NCBI GenBank assembly: GCA_905178155.1
Contig: CAJINV010000001.1
Location: 3,735,706-3,799,705, forward strand
Length of the DNA stretch: 64,000 nucleotides
Source of the DNA: Amoebophrya sp. A120
Lineage: Eukaryota > Protista > Dinoflagellata
Direction: 5' to 3'
In this document: piece by piece, positions 25,501 through 35,916 of the stretch
How the letters are laid out: every line of letters begins with the position of its first letter
How positions within the stretch are numbered: position 1 is the stretch's first letter
Translations under genes and position numbers: made by a program
The notes under the pieces: model-generated
Databases searched by the model: none
Seen by the model: only the letters and a program-made list of their open reading frames with translations
Told to the model about the DNA's origin: nothing

Positions 25501-26751
25501 GGTGATGTTCAAGAGTTTGATTCCAGTTCGTCCACAGATGATGAAAGCGAGAGCGACCCTTTAGCTTTATTTCCAGCTAGGAAAAGGCCGCTCAACGAAG
25601 CTGCCAGCAGGACGACTCCACGGGGCCGGCCGGACACCAGAGGAAGGCGCGCACAAATGGCTGCCACAGTTGGTGGCGCGGTCGACGTTGGCGACTCTTT
25701 TTGGTACAATCGCGGCGTCAGACGACGGGATCGAAGTGACCTGCTCGCCGCTCAAAAACACCAGGGTGGATCGAAAACTAGCTTAGATTCACCAGATATA
25801 ATCAACTTTCCGACCGGAGGAGGAGGGTTTGCCGCGGGCGCAGCAACGACCCTGCGGCAGCGGAGCGAGACAGCAGCGGCATACTTTTTGGACAGTCCAC
25901 CTTTCAACTTGCTAGGGGGCACATCGTCCCGTTCAAACACAAACTTGGACCAAAACGCGGCACACCACCAGAGCCTGTCCCTCGGGAGGCGTGCTCCCGC
26001 GGGCCAAAAGCCGGTGAAAACTTCGCTGGCAGAGCTCGGCTTCGGGTTCGGGTCGCCACAGCAAGAAGTAAGCGCGGGACGGCGCGCCGGACCACTTGGC
26101 GGGCGGGAGCAAGATACAGCAGCTGTCTACCGTGCCGCGACGGACGACCGCGCGCTTCTCGGCTCCTTCCAGGCAAGTCTCCCGCCCGTGGAAGGATCTT
26201 CCCAACTCGGAACATCGATGTTGCCGTCAGTACCGCGAGCGCCCGTCGCGTTGCCCGCTGGAGTGGAAAGGAAGAGCCTGAGCGCACTGTTGCTGTCGGC
26301 GCCTTGTTCTGCGTCAGCTCTTTCAGGGACTGCCCCTGAACACGATCCTGACGGCACGAAAGGCACCGCGGCATTTTCCTCCGCCGCGTTTCTGCAAAAG
26401 AACTTCGCCAGCAAGTTCACAACCGAGGAGGAACCGAGCGACGCTGTTTTGGAAAGGGCTGCAATGCTGTTCTCCTTTCCTGGGCCCCGTTCTCGATCCA
26501 CGTCCGCGGCTTCGCCGCCACAAAAGGGGAACTTGGCAGGAGAGCAGCAAGTTGGCGGTAGGAAGAGCGATCCTCGAGGCAGCAATGTCTCAGTAAAGAA
26601 ACAGACAGCTCATGAAGATGCTGATGCTCTTCAGCATCCGACATTCTTTGATGTGACACAGGAATTGACTGCACGTACGTCGTCCAACACTGAGCTCCTT
26701 GACCGCGCGTTTCGACACTACTTTTCTAAATTGCCTTCAGAGGTAGGATAA
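19516..26751 (+). CDS. FIG4: SAC-domain polyphosphoinositide phosphatase, FIG4/SAC3-like, with a long low-complexity C-terminus
   Basis: Motifs GILGFVRFL.GWY, FFFSYSYELSRSVQ, RRSTRFAGTRYRKRG, SFVQLRASVPLFWGQ, catalytic RVNCVDCLDRTN (CX5R) and the FIG4-type GD.LSMQYAGS...FQDAEKQ.AINLFLG. Confidence 0.88.
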   Translation: MGDLFGTSAFERPAACVDLYRSPLDSGSARSSPGLPTVPTRLYVVASEKHEEEDLLPQPRPHDLDPIKTAQKRSVRLVRVLECAQTVDGRLALSGGKTWLDFAVARELIAQGRSQEDADFSEFEANCKIAADGWWEDRIAAERDGTKSARALQQATTARTARKRDVFFSNLQNIFGGGGDKSLSDDLNQDDPESVRQAALQSLYVDVGSASITATASSTAGSSSAFASSSTSAGKNLSTPPRSSGCAPCAGILGFVRFLRGWYVVVLTKKKKLGTLGHHEVFEVERVELVPIADQNLIQEEQFFQFEQADLAEEQKWVERWMSVLKSGNFFFSYSYELSRSVQQNQADRLAESDPFYADPEFFRFVWNAHMLRPNASGRAASGTTQLRRKNLSRQLVVHPCRRSCSFYSTSLGTPDRPEWRTFCLTICHGTFAQQILSSYSQQLEITLVSRRSTRFAGTRYRKRGMNAHGHCGNEVESEQILCHPGIRSILSFVQLRASVPLFWGQESTAMAFKPPIVYPKEDIDLQATRRHLGDLLSRYGSPLVVLNLMRNSAGTDEQTLSAKMKTCLEKLAAEIVANDASGLLQVVYHHLDLKAAAKLDLNYAAGTGAGAAQAGTPTLAIAETMSSSGAASGTTLLSYDSYKVNSAGGIMLPLQSVAEGVAIGAPLSGDNFGNRLGVGAPPGGSSSANNPLYGAGTTAAAVDRSIQKQRFNRLVCETAEAMVDKVGFYHQTRSSVKSVQSGAVRVNCVDCLDRTNVLLFFLGLEAFERQLKSLGAVPTLVPRQLRLAVDALPRTLNFVDRQIEADDAESRWTSSGRGPGRGGEQLQLVLEDAHQGRYVSFSSTSAAAGVRSFSTSVGPPQASTTQTPPSTSPRSEQDFSSAPDVGHKSAEHQATTFPRQYSKGSTAPSPNRTGAYRRQSSLELDGHVAQLLGELYDTSGDCLSMQYAGSVAHKKYASSSGGKELLTSIQRQYQTSFQDAEKQLAINLFLGIFPLRAIAKKNMLFTGYELSQVAVEADAFLHQSQLPAAFDAERSSCTTGPRNYHFYTSEQVQDSSANLKLWFVSPVVRFGHRLLALRLAHAGVCFSTGGGPVVPAWVYAYCLPEFLARMLYVGKKLDSRDLVVLLSEHEKLFATGPNSAAASPNILLPPTPNRFQSAHKIWKLTNFDKLLRAENSTINTNTFDDTATHALYQDGINQQAGGAQNGQTTDSGYETLLPVWAAGYQPPVTAQAGRRRFGQSAVAQQFLPLATNTSNARSVKSRARLALFGKPEHLLQESITMLNSDSMSSVSFFSSGGRDESMRKVGSLSFAAVLEAAKQTLLSQDVASLLHALDVRKEQTAPGKLWLTTAADARFFNDDLSLSFLLPDFRRKDLFSLDKFIASTGVGARSIPRKVLAFAEDDRGGPPPRGRQDDESSYAFGPTTTLTGLTKHDREVYRQYAQPRTVLLSLRSSVFRVQKPLSPDEMEVLRDIRGEHDMNQLCLAGDEGALHSRDTSSSSSVGYHDLAGRAEREAQQLDDPFTAATDGLTDMFRVAPRRSYRRGDKLQPSSSTTTSVAPGGKMSEHHSARSLSNAENLLLLKHFIGFQASPLQTSAGQLSDEMIAQVDGASEAVSFSSSSSAVPVSAGDNYKKDQGQTKNTTPAARSANKWERRLKHELQRYLGAPRASAPRSAAVQDASRNLFGRASVQQDLRASTTTGSQRDFFTSFIDGEFAGDSEITTNQQDRPKGPDSLKQTAFFRLNAYEHWFVFSYLNTLRDRKTKRASEQNYFGAGPPGGIASVNGTSGPTRGPVGATAGSGFSVEKRSLSFDFLRAAGGNGSGAASLGLAGGRYGSSTVASSRSAVVEQPMSQSISRLMGKYPARLNAQLGAAEGESIQAKTSFLSQSSHNGAHTSYVNQKFYFPVANARVFADTERKTPRLLLCEECGDPFLERLDGSVCCGECLEYLKSMELLQQNISTENVIGRSHVRLANLSRAGIYEPDQQRQPAFSSDGAGDVQEFDSSSSTDDESESDPLALFPARKRPLNEAASRTTPRGRPDTRGRRAQMAATVGGAVDVGDSFWYNRGVRRRDRSDLLAAQKHQGGSKTSLDSPDIINFPTGGGGFAAGAATTLRQRSETAAAYFLDSPPFNLLGGTSSRSNTNLDQNAAHHQSLSLGRRAPAGQKPVKTSLAELGFGFGSPQQEVSAGRRAGPLGGREQDTAAVYRAATDDRALLGSFQASLPPVEGSSQLGTSMLPSVPRAPVALPAGVERKSLSALLLSAPCSASALSGTAPEHDPDGTKGTAAFSSAAFLQKNFASKFTTEEEPSDAVLERAAMLFSFPGPRSRSTSAASPPQKGNLAGEQQVGGRKSDPRGSNVSVKKQTAHEDADALQHPTFFDVTQELTARTSSNTELLDRAFRHYFSKLPSEVG

Positions 26752-27860
26752 GCCTGAATGCGCGTCGCGAAGGCATCGAGCTTTTGCCGAAGTGGATATA
26801 TCGCACTGGTACTGTACTATGGCGTGACTACGAATCGAATCACAGTACGAGCAGAGCCATACTTGTTTGAGCACGTGTAGTTGTCCTTTTCACACCGCCG
26901 CCGGATTACGTTTGCGAACGTGGCACCCACCCTCTCAATCTACTTTTTGTTCCTTGTCGTGTCGTTCGGGCTGAGCACTGAGAAAGAGCAACGATAATTT
27001 CGACGCGATCGTATTGTGACGATGGTGCGCCCGCCCCCGACTTTGGGAGCTTGACTTTCGATATCCAGAAAATGTGTCGATGAGGACGAGGACGATCAGC
27101 ATTTCGTGCCCCGTCGAAAAATAGAAATTTCGTATCATGCGCAGAACAAAATCAAAAGCCAATTCGCTGATTAGTTTGCCCGATCATGTATTGTTCCGGT
27201 TGATGGGGCCTTTCTTGTTTCTTTCCTCATGTCCTGTCAAGCATAAGATCTTCAGGGCCGTTCTCCAAGTTGTCCGTGTGTCATATTTCATCCACTTTTG
27301 TATGATTGAGATTCGATAGAAACTGATTACAAAATAAAGCGTTTGCCCTCATACAACTGCGGCAAATGCCATCGGTTAGAGAGGCAGTTGTTATGGCACG
27401 TCGGTAGTGTCATTGTCTGGTGCAATTGCATGAACAACGAATAAGAAGATGAAGATTTTTCATTAGGTCCTTGTTCGTTCGATTTCTAGTTTGTGTGTGG
27501 TATTTTCCATATCAAGTAAAGGCTTCGTAACGCCAACGAAAACGATAGCAGTATAAGTATTCGCCGGTCAATGTTGTATTTATCCTTTGTCCTCCTCCTC
27601 TGCTTGAACGATATATAACGAACCAACGCCAAAGTAGAAAAAAAAGATGTCTTTATTTTCTTCCAAGAACTGAATTTGACTTTGAGTACAATACTTCATT
27701 CTGCGCATGTTTGAAGCCCGATCCTCTTCTTAAAGAAAAATGATGCCCCCTCTGATATTCCTGAGTTCACCTTTATTTCCTCCAGAAACGACAAGCAAGA
27801 GCCGGATATAGGACGCCCGGACCTGGGGAGATGGTCTGTGACAGACGATAGCACAACAGT

Positions 27861-30800
27861 TTGATCTTTTTCTCCGAAAACATCCCAGAATACGGCATGC
27901 TTTCTTGTCTGCGATTCCGAGAACAAGACTACCAATTCGAGCTGCGGGGGGCCGAAGGGTTAGCAACACGTCCAGCAGTGAAAATAAGATGCGCAACATG
28001 TCGCAAGCAGCGGATCTGCTTCGAGCACTGTGTCGATGTAGAGGGCTCCCTGCGCACGGGTGTTCTAATGTCAGAAGGCGCTACTGCCTTGACGTGCGCA
28101 GATTTTCGTGGTGTCAGTTGTGCCACACCTGAGGACGACGAGGAAGTGGAAAAACTAGGAGGCCGTAGTTTCGTTCCGCTCTGGCAACCGCTGCCGGACC
28201 CGGAGCCTGAAATGGATCTGCAGGAGAGCGCCAACCCGGAGAAGCACAGTCGCATTTTCAACAAATTGCAATGGGAAGGCCTGGACCTAGCGGATCCGCA
28301 TGGCCAAGAGTCGCACTTCAGCACGTTTTTCGAGAATCAGCGGCCGCGCCTCGTTGGGTATGGCGAAGAAGTGTGGAAGAAAATGCAGAGCTACCTCGGC
28401 CGCTTAGACGAGTGGGGCAAGAGGCGCATATCGGTTCGCAAGCAGCTGGCGTCGGAGAGTTTAAAGAAGGGCCACGATTGGACGAGCATCGGATGGACCC
28501 ACCAGTTCGTCAGGGAACAGCTTAACCTCCAGGAATACGATGCGAGCGTGATCCTCTTCTCTTTCGACCGTAAGCGGTTGTGGTTCCACGCGAAAGCGGC
28601 CTTCTTGCCTCTGCAGGACCTCGCGCCCTCCCTGGACGGAGGCACTGAGCTGGCGCAGAAAGCTCAACAGGCGAAGAACTCGGCGGACGCCTACGCGCAG
28701 AGGCCCTTCGGCAAGGCGGAGAACTTCCAGGGATTCTCGCACGTCCGGCAAGGCGACCGGGGTCACAAAACAGCGGAGGGCCCCATGATGATGTTCGGCA
28801 CCCAAACGGCCTGCGGCTTCGCTCTGTCCTCAGGAAAGGACGCCGCCGGCATGCGCAGCAAAGTTGGGGAGATTCGTCGCTACAAAGCCAGTACCGATTG
28901 GACATGTGTCAGATCGTCGGGAGTGTGCTCATTCATTTCCCTGAAGCGTAAATTTCTTCCTTGCGTTTCAACTTCTTGAGGCCGCAGGGTCCTCAGAAGT
29001 TGAAGCTACGCGAAGCTGCACTACGAGCATGTCGTCGCCTTCATCTACAACTAGATGGGCGACGTATGAAAGTTATTCTGGGGCCAGTAGTCAAATCTAA
29101 TATTGATATTTGCAGTTTTTATGCACCATAAATTGATTTTGATTCCTCGTGCAAAGCGCAAGCAAGCCTCTCAGAAACTTGTTTGCGCTTCGTCTTTAGG
29201 TGTCGCGTGCGCGCTTCTCCGGGACCTGACGCATTTCAATTGGATTCGCAACCGACGTCGCGCTATTGCCGAAGAGCAGTTTGCAGAGGCGCACGCTCGC
29301 AGCCTCACCCAGCTGGAAGAAATCTTGGTCCCCAAGGGCGCCGTGACCCGCACGAAGATAATGGAGACGCTCGACCTTACGGGAAAAGCCACTCTGGTTC
29401 CGAACGAGGTAGGCGATGAAAGTAATCGAATCGAAGAGCGGCCCGGCAGTCGTCATAGATCATTCAACGGCACCCACAACATTACCAAAACCCATGGGTA
29501 TGCGGTAATGGTCCACTCTGACAGTAGTGCGGATGGGACGCTGGAGACCATTCTATTCTACCGGCCGAAGCACAGCGGCCCGGGGCTGAAGAAGTTCCGG
29601 GACGACTTTCTGCCCGGGCATTCCTGGATGTTTGTCGCGGGCGCGGTCTTCAATATGCCGCGAGAAAGGGGCGACGGCTGTCTGATCTGGGTCGCCAGCT
29701 GCAACCCGGACCCGCTCTACCACGGGACACTCCCGACCTTCACAAAGGACGCGGCCGAGAAGCGGCACCGGATGCACGACGGAATGGGCAGCGCATTGCT
29801 GTGCCAGCGGGAAGTGTTGATGGCGCTCGCGGCCGAAAGCAGCGAAGCAGCGACCGAAGTCGGCGTCGTAGCCAAGGAGTACCAGCGCGAACTGAAGGCG
29901 AAGACGGGGAACAACATGAAGCCGAAGGGCGTCAGTGCAATTGCCCCGCACTGCTCTTCCTGCTTAACGTTGTGCTGTGGGACCTGTGAGGCAAGTGATG
30001 TGATGCGAGAAAGCATCCTCGCACGGGAGAGGGAAAGAAAGGAAAGAAAGGTTCGCGAAAAGCAAGAGGCCCTCGACAAGGAGGAGCAGCAAAAACGGCA
30101 AGTAGACGGCGTCCGGGCTGTACGCGCTCCACCTGTTCCTCCTGCAAGCAGCAGCGGGAAGGTCGTTGCCGGCGCGGCACGACAGCCACATAATCGGTCG
30201 TCGTTTGATAATATCACAAGTAGTAGTAGTAGTGCGGTCTCCGCAGCTCAACAGCTCGGTGTGCAGTATGAGCGTGCACGCTGGGACGATCACCTGCCAG
30301 CAGCAGCACCATACCAAGCAGCGGACGTTTTTTCGGAGCATCCGCACGGCAGCGCTTCCAGTCGACCTGCCGCTGCAATCCCAGTCGACCAGGGAATGAC
30401 CGAGGACGAGCAGCTGCAGCTTGAGCAGGCTCTCAAACTGTCGCTGGAGGAGACGAATCGAGCCAGCAATCATCCGGAGCAACGTCAGCAGCCAGCTGTG
30501 GATGATTACGATGCCGACCTTCAAAGAGCTCTGGAGGAGAGTCGAAAGATAGCGGAACAGACTGAGGCAGCGCGACGTTGGGAGATGAAGCAGCAGGAGA
30601 GAACAGCTGCAGAATGCGCTGAACAGGAACAGCCCCGAAGGCAAGACGAAAGAGACACCAGACTGCGTGCGAAACCGCGTCAAATTTTGCTCACGTCGGA
30701 CGAGGACGATTACGACGGCGAGAGCGATGATTCTTGGGAGTTTGCGGACATTCACGATCGCGGTGACGAACGTTTTGAAGAAGATGAAAATGACGGGCCG

Positions 30801-31688
30801 CGGCGGTGGGGGCAAGAAGATGCTTTTGAGGATTTTTACCACGGCGTGTCGGGCGATCATAATCAATTTTTGCAACATGGTCCAGAACCAGATCGCGCGG
30901 CTGACTTCGGTTGCGGTCCCGCCCTCGATACGAGTGACCGCGCGAAATCCTCTTCATCGTCCTCGTCATCGAACAGAAACGCCACTGCTTATCCAGTTCC
31001 CAGCTTTTCGAACGGCATACTATCGCACTCTAGCAGCTCCAGCAGTAGCAGTTCGTTTACGGCCGCGCCGAATCCGACCGGAACAACTCGCAATCACCAC
31101 CCACTCAGCGCAGTTGCTGGTCAGCATCATTTCGTCACCGGTCGTGATGTCCCGTCGTGGCAACAGCGACAGAATGCATATGCCCAAACACAAACTGGCA
31201 ACACCAGCACGGGTTTTCAAAATCAGCATTTGAGCATCGCAGCAGGATCATCCGCGAGCGTCGATCGAAACGCGAGGCATGCTGTGTACGATCGCCGTGA
31301 GTTGCATCATGGACACGTCAACGAGAGCACGAGTAGAGCTGCGAGTAGCAGCAGCAGTGTTCTCCGCTCAGGTGTTTCCTCGGCATCTCATGGCCAGCAT
31401 CCGCACCAGGCGCCATCTGCCCAGCAGTCCGCGTCCTACTTCAACAACCCGGTCCACCGGAGTCCGCGGCCTCTGACACCACGACGGCGCGCAAATGAAG
31501 AGAACCGGCTGTATCACGAGAGTGAATTAGAAGACGAAGCACCCAATGCAAAGCGTCAGAAAGGTCTTCCAAGTGCAGAACTTAACGAGCACGACATGCA
31601 CCCTCAAACTGAAGAGGAATATGAGGAGACGCTTCGCCGTGTGCTCGCGGAATCCACGGAGCTACAGTACCGGGGTGGCTTTACATAG
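27861..31688 (+). CDS. Putative TET/JBP-like 2OG-Fe(II) dioxygenase-domain protein with C-terminal ubiquitin-interacting motifs (true start uncertain)
   Basis: ORFs 27861 and 29103 join in frame via GT-AG intron 28906-29199. The protein has HxD (VHSD) and a distal YHGT, plus UIM-like EDEQLQLEQALKLSLEE, DADLQRALEES and EETLRRVLAES. The domain call is from motif resemblance only. Confidence 0.5.
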
Positions 31689-32436
31689 CTGAGCTGAAAC
31701 TACAGAACGAAGCAGATGGCGTGGTAGTTTATTTTATGTGGATGTGGATGCACGTAGACGTACAACTAGAACTACTGTCACTGTGACCGCGAGATCGATA
31801 GGAAGAAAAGGAAAAAAGTATGCCTCGCTCTGTCCATCCTCTATCACCATATCGGTCGGTACGCAATTCCGAAACAGTCACCAGATTGACTTCAAATATT
31901 CCGATGACGACTCTGATGAAGATTTGTTGCGAACCTCAAGAATGTAAAAAAAATATATGCGACAGCACGGCGACTGAACAATTAAGATTCCGAGCGAATA
32001 AGAATAATTGAAATTGAAACAGCAGCCTGGCTCTGGCGTTGTAGCAAAAGCGAGCTGAGGATAGACATGCTGTGAAAGAAGTTTCAAGGTCGTCTTTTTT
32101 GTTCTCGTTTCATTGATGATCTGTCTTCGTATTTCATGTATTGTGCTGGCTTCCGCAGTGACAACAAAGAATCATGGTCACCAGAGGTACCACGAGAGGG
32201 TTAGTTGTAGAAAGCGAAGACAATTTCAGAGTTTTATTTAGCAGTAGACGCGCGAAATGCGAGAGAAAAGGCAAAGGGTCTCTTGCATGGTATCTATTGA
32301 TACTGAGATGAAGAAGCGAGAGAATGTGAATGAGAAGCAGCCGGCAGATGAAACTGGTCGCTGAAAGCATACACTCACAAGCACCTCATTGGGAAGCGCT
32401 GAGAGTCAACATACTAACTTGTCCCGATCCGACAAG

Positions 32437-34780
32437 ATGGTTCTCGAGCTGGAGGGCGTTGCCCAAAACCCGCCGAAGGTTCACACCTTCAAGAATCCGT
32501 TCTTCAAGTACCATGGGAAATGGGAAAAAGGCCTAATCAAGTCCGGGCCCGGGACAATTCTCATGGACAATGGTCACACCTACGTCGCCTGCAGCTTCAC
32601 CGAGGGGGAAATCTCGGGCGAAGGTGTTTAGAATTTTAGTGCCGTTGCATGCGGGAAACGAAAACGAATGGACATGGAGCAGTTGCAGGCACATGAAATT
32701 GGAAATCAAACTGACATTGTGCGCTTCTGCGCAAATCGACACTTTTTTCAATATAATTCAGGTGTCCGCGTCCGATGTCCCGAACTTCCCGCGGACGCGC
32801 CGGCCGAGAAACAGGCCGATGCGTTCCACTTCCACCCGAGTTGCGAAGTCTACCAGGGCCAGTTCCGGAAAGGCGAGGCGCACGGATACGGGACGCAAGA
32901 GAAGAAGCTCCTGATCAACCTGCGCGGGCAGTACTCCGCCTACCAGACGGAGCTCGAGGACGTCGGTCTGGCCAGTCCAACGACGAAAAAAGCAATTTTC
33001 GGTTCCGGGAGCGCTATGGCCGCCGCGGCTGGCGGGGGGGCGGTTAAGTTTAAGCCCTCTGCGCCTTCCGCAGCTGCGTCGCGACCAGAAAGCCGGGGGT
33101 CGTCTTCCGGCGGAGTGAAGGGCATGAGTCTGGATGCCTACATGGGCCAGAAAAAGGACCAAACCGTCGTCAACGCCGCTATCGTGGAGGCGGACGCGGG
33201 TTTTGGTAGTCGCACGGGCACGCCGGGCACGATAAACATGTCCGTTGCGGCGTCTTCCGGCGACGCAGCCGGGTCCAGTTTGAAGACCAAAACTACCTCG
33301 GGCGCCACAGGGACCAGGATGTCGGGGTCGAAGTCCGCTTCCTTCAGCAAAATCGAGCAGCTGGACAGCCCGAAGAAAGGCGGATCCGGGGAGAACGAGA
33401 ATCATGCGCACTTCGATGATTCCATCCCGCTCGCCGCCCAGGATTACATCGAGAAGCAGAAGATCCAATTTGCAAAATACAGCGGCTACTGGAAGGAGAA
33501 CCGGTACCACGGCGAGGGCAAGCTCGTGACGGAGAAATTTTCGTATCGCGGGCAGTTCGTCGACCACAAATTTCACGGAGAAGGGAGACTGAAGCTGAAG
33601 AACGGGGAGAGATACGCAGGTAAAGAAGGGCATTTAAATTTATTTTGCAGTTGGCTGTGGGTGTGGCAGCTCCCTGTCCCTTGTTCTCAGTGCCTAATCG
33701 TCCACTCCTTCTTTTTCTGACACCTGATTCTCAATGCGCCCTCGAACTGAACAAAGAAAACGGAGCGCCTTTGTTCACCCACCTTCTTCAGGTCAATTTG
33801 TCCACAGTACCTACGATGGGGAGGGTGTGCAACGAACCGAAACGGCCGGCTTCGTCAGCGGTTTCGGGCCGTTGAGCTACGTCGGCCAGTTCCAAGCCGG
33901 CAAACGGAACGGCACCGGGAGCGGTAAGTGTGGGCTTTCCAGTCTCACCTACTCTGGAGCGTGGAGCGACGACTTGCCGATCGCCAAAAGTTGCAAAATT
34001 GACATCGTCGACCCAGCCGCGGCGATCCCGGAAGGAGAGGACAAACCGGCATCCTTGCTGATACCAAGTAAAAAGAAAACTTTTCTGCACAAGGGACGAC
34101 GCAACTACAAGAATTTTGTTCTAGCACCTCTTTGTCACTTAGACTTACTTAAGTACATACACACTTCAGCATTGATTTTGTAAAAATAAAATGAAAAACC
34201 ACCATGGCTTTATTCAATCGCTCATCAGAATCGGAAGAAACCCCGAACGAGTACAATCCGCTGGACATGAAGCGGGACGCGCTGCCGATAACGTGGCTGC
34301 TAAACAGCGTGGACGGGGAGAGAACGCAAGTCACGCAAGAAGGCGGACGAAAAATCCGTATAGGAGATCTTGATGTTGACTAAAATTTGTTCAGCAGCTG
34401 CAAATCAATGCAAAAAAAAACGAGCCTCAGTAACCTTATTTCATAGCATTTGAAATTGAATGCAGTTGCAGTTCATACATGGCAGCCCTACCCCTATGGT
34501 CACACTCACAGGTATCTTCCTCTGTCCCGCCGAATTGACAGAAGAGGAAACCGCGAACAACGTGGCCCCCGACGCTGCGCAGCGGCGGTGCCACGAAAGC
34601 ACCGGGTCCATCGAAGGCGGGGAGCTCGTCCTCACATGGGACGCGCTGCCGGTAGACGCGGGCGCGTACAAGCTCTACATAGTCGACGAAACGCCAGCGC
34701 AGCCAACGCGGGCGAGTAAAGCGAATTCTTGTTTTCAACCGTGCGGGACTCTGGTTGTGGATGTGAATGTGTTGGACTGA
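32437..34780 (+). CDS. MORN-repeat protein (multi-exon)
   Basis: MORN units YHGKWEKG, YQGQFRKGEAHGYG, YSGYWKENRYHGEG, YRGQFVDHKFHGEG, YVGQFQAGKRNGTG and YSGAWSDD, separated by GT-AG introns. The 3' exons are less certain. Confidence 0.8.
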
Positions 34781-35916
34781 AGGTGGTCATGTCGGTCACA
34801 GCGCAAGAAAAATGCAGCTAATGTCATCCTGTTATGTATGGTCAACGACCAACATGATTTATGTAGGTCCACGTCGTGTAATAACCCATGTACAATATCC
34901 TATCATAGTTGATGTATGAACCTTGTTACCAATGATCCAAAACTGAATGCCAGAAGCAGAAGAAAAAGAAATTAAGGGTGTCGAGCTGAAAAGGCAAGAG
35001 TACGAATGTCTAACGTGGAATATCTGTGTCAACCTGAAATTCAATACTACGCATGCGTCGTGTGCTTTTACGACAGCAAAGAGAGAAGCAGAAGACGGTC
35101 TAATGAGCGTGTAATATGGAATGACTTTTGCCTGTCACATTGTGATTGTGTATGATTCGATCTGAGAGGAAGAACAAAAATTTCAGAAACGAGAAAGGAA
35201 AAATAAAGACTCAACATGTTGTGGCGCGGTTTAAGTAGTGTTCCCGCGTCCAATTCGTCTGCTGAAACCTTATGTACGACTTGATTTCATCGGTCTTTTT
35301 CTTGTCAGGAAGGGAAAGCAAAACCGAATGTGAAGGGGGGACCGATGCTGGGGCCGTGATCGTGCTCGTGCTTTCAAAGGTCCCATAAAGCTGCCTAAAG
35401 AAAAACACTCAGCCAGGAATGAATCGTCCTTTATCGAAAAATTGCCAAACATCAGGACCCAATTCAATCTTCTCAGTAAGTGTTTCGACGCTCATGATTT
35501 CACCGTCAAAGTTAAGACTTCTGTTGATACGCGTTGCAACCCTTTATTCGGTCAGTTCAGTGCTCTGTCCGTGACTTGCTCTGCGCATTCGGTCCGGAAG
35601 ATTCGACACATCGTGCTCGTCATGGTGCAGCTTATTGTCATTTTCGTCGAAGGAAATTATTGTCATTTTCGTCGAAGGTTGAGCTTGAGCTCACTAGTTA
35701 ACTACACTAGCGCTTCTACACAATTTCAATTTATGAATTCGTTCTATCTGCATGAAAATTTTCGATGCAGCCCTTACACCCGTTGAAAGGGTGTGTTTTT
35801 TGGTGAACGTATACGTCATTGAGGCCAGCACGGGGTACGGGGTAAAAATCAGCATTTACGCTAAATTCGTTCCAATTTGAAAGCAAAAACTAAGTAAAGG
35901 AGCTCACGAGAGAACC

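Noticed and set aside
29717-30878. Long minus-strand ORFs (also 32758..33633 and 54302..55354)
   Set aside because: Antisense shadows of GC-rich + strand coding exons.
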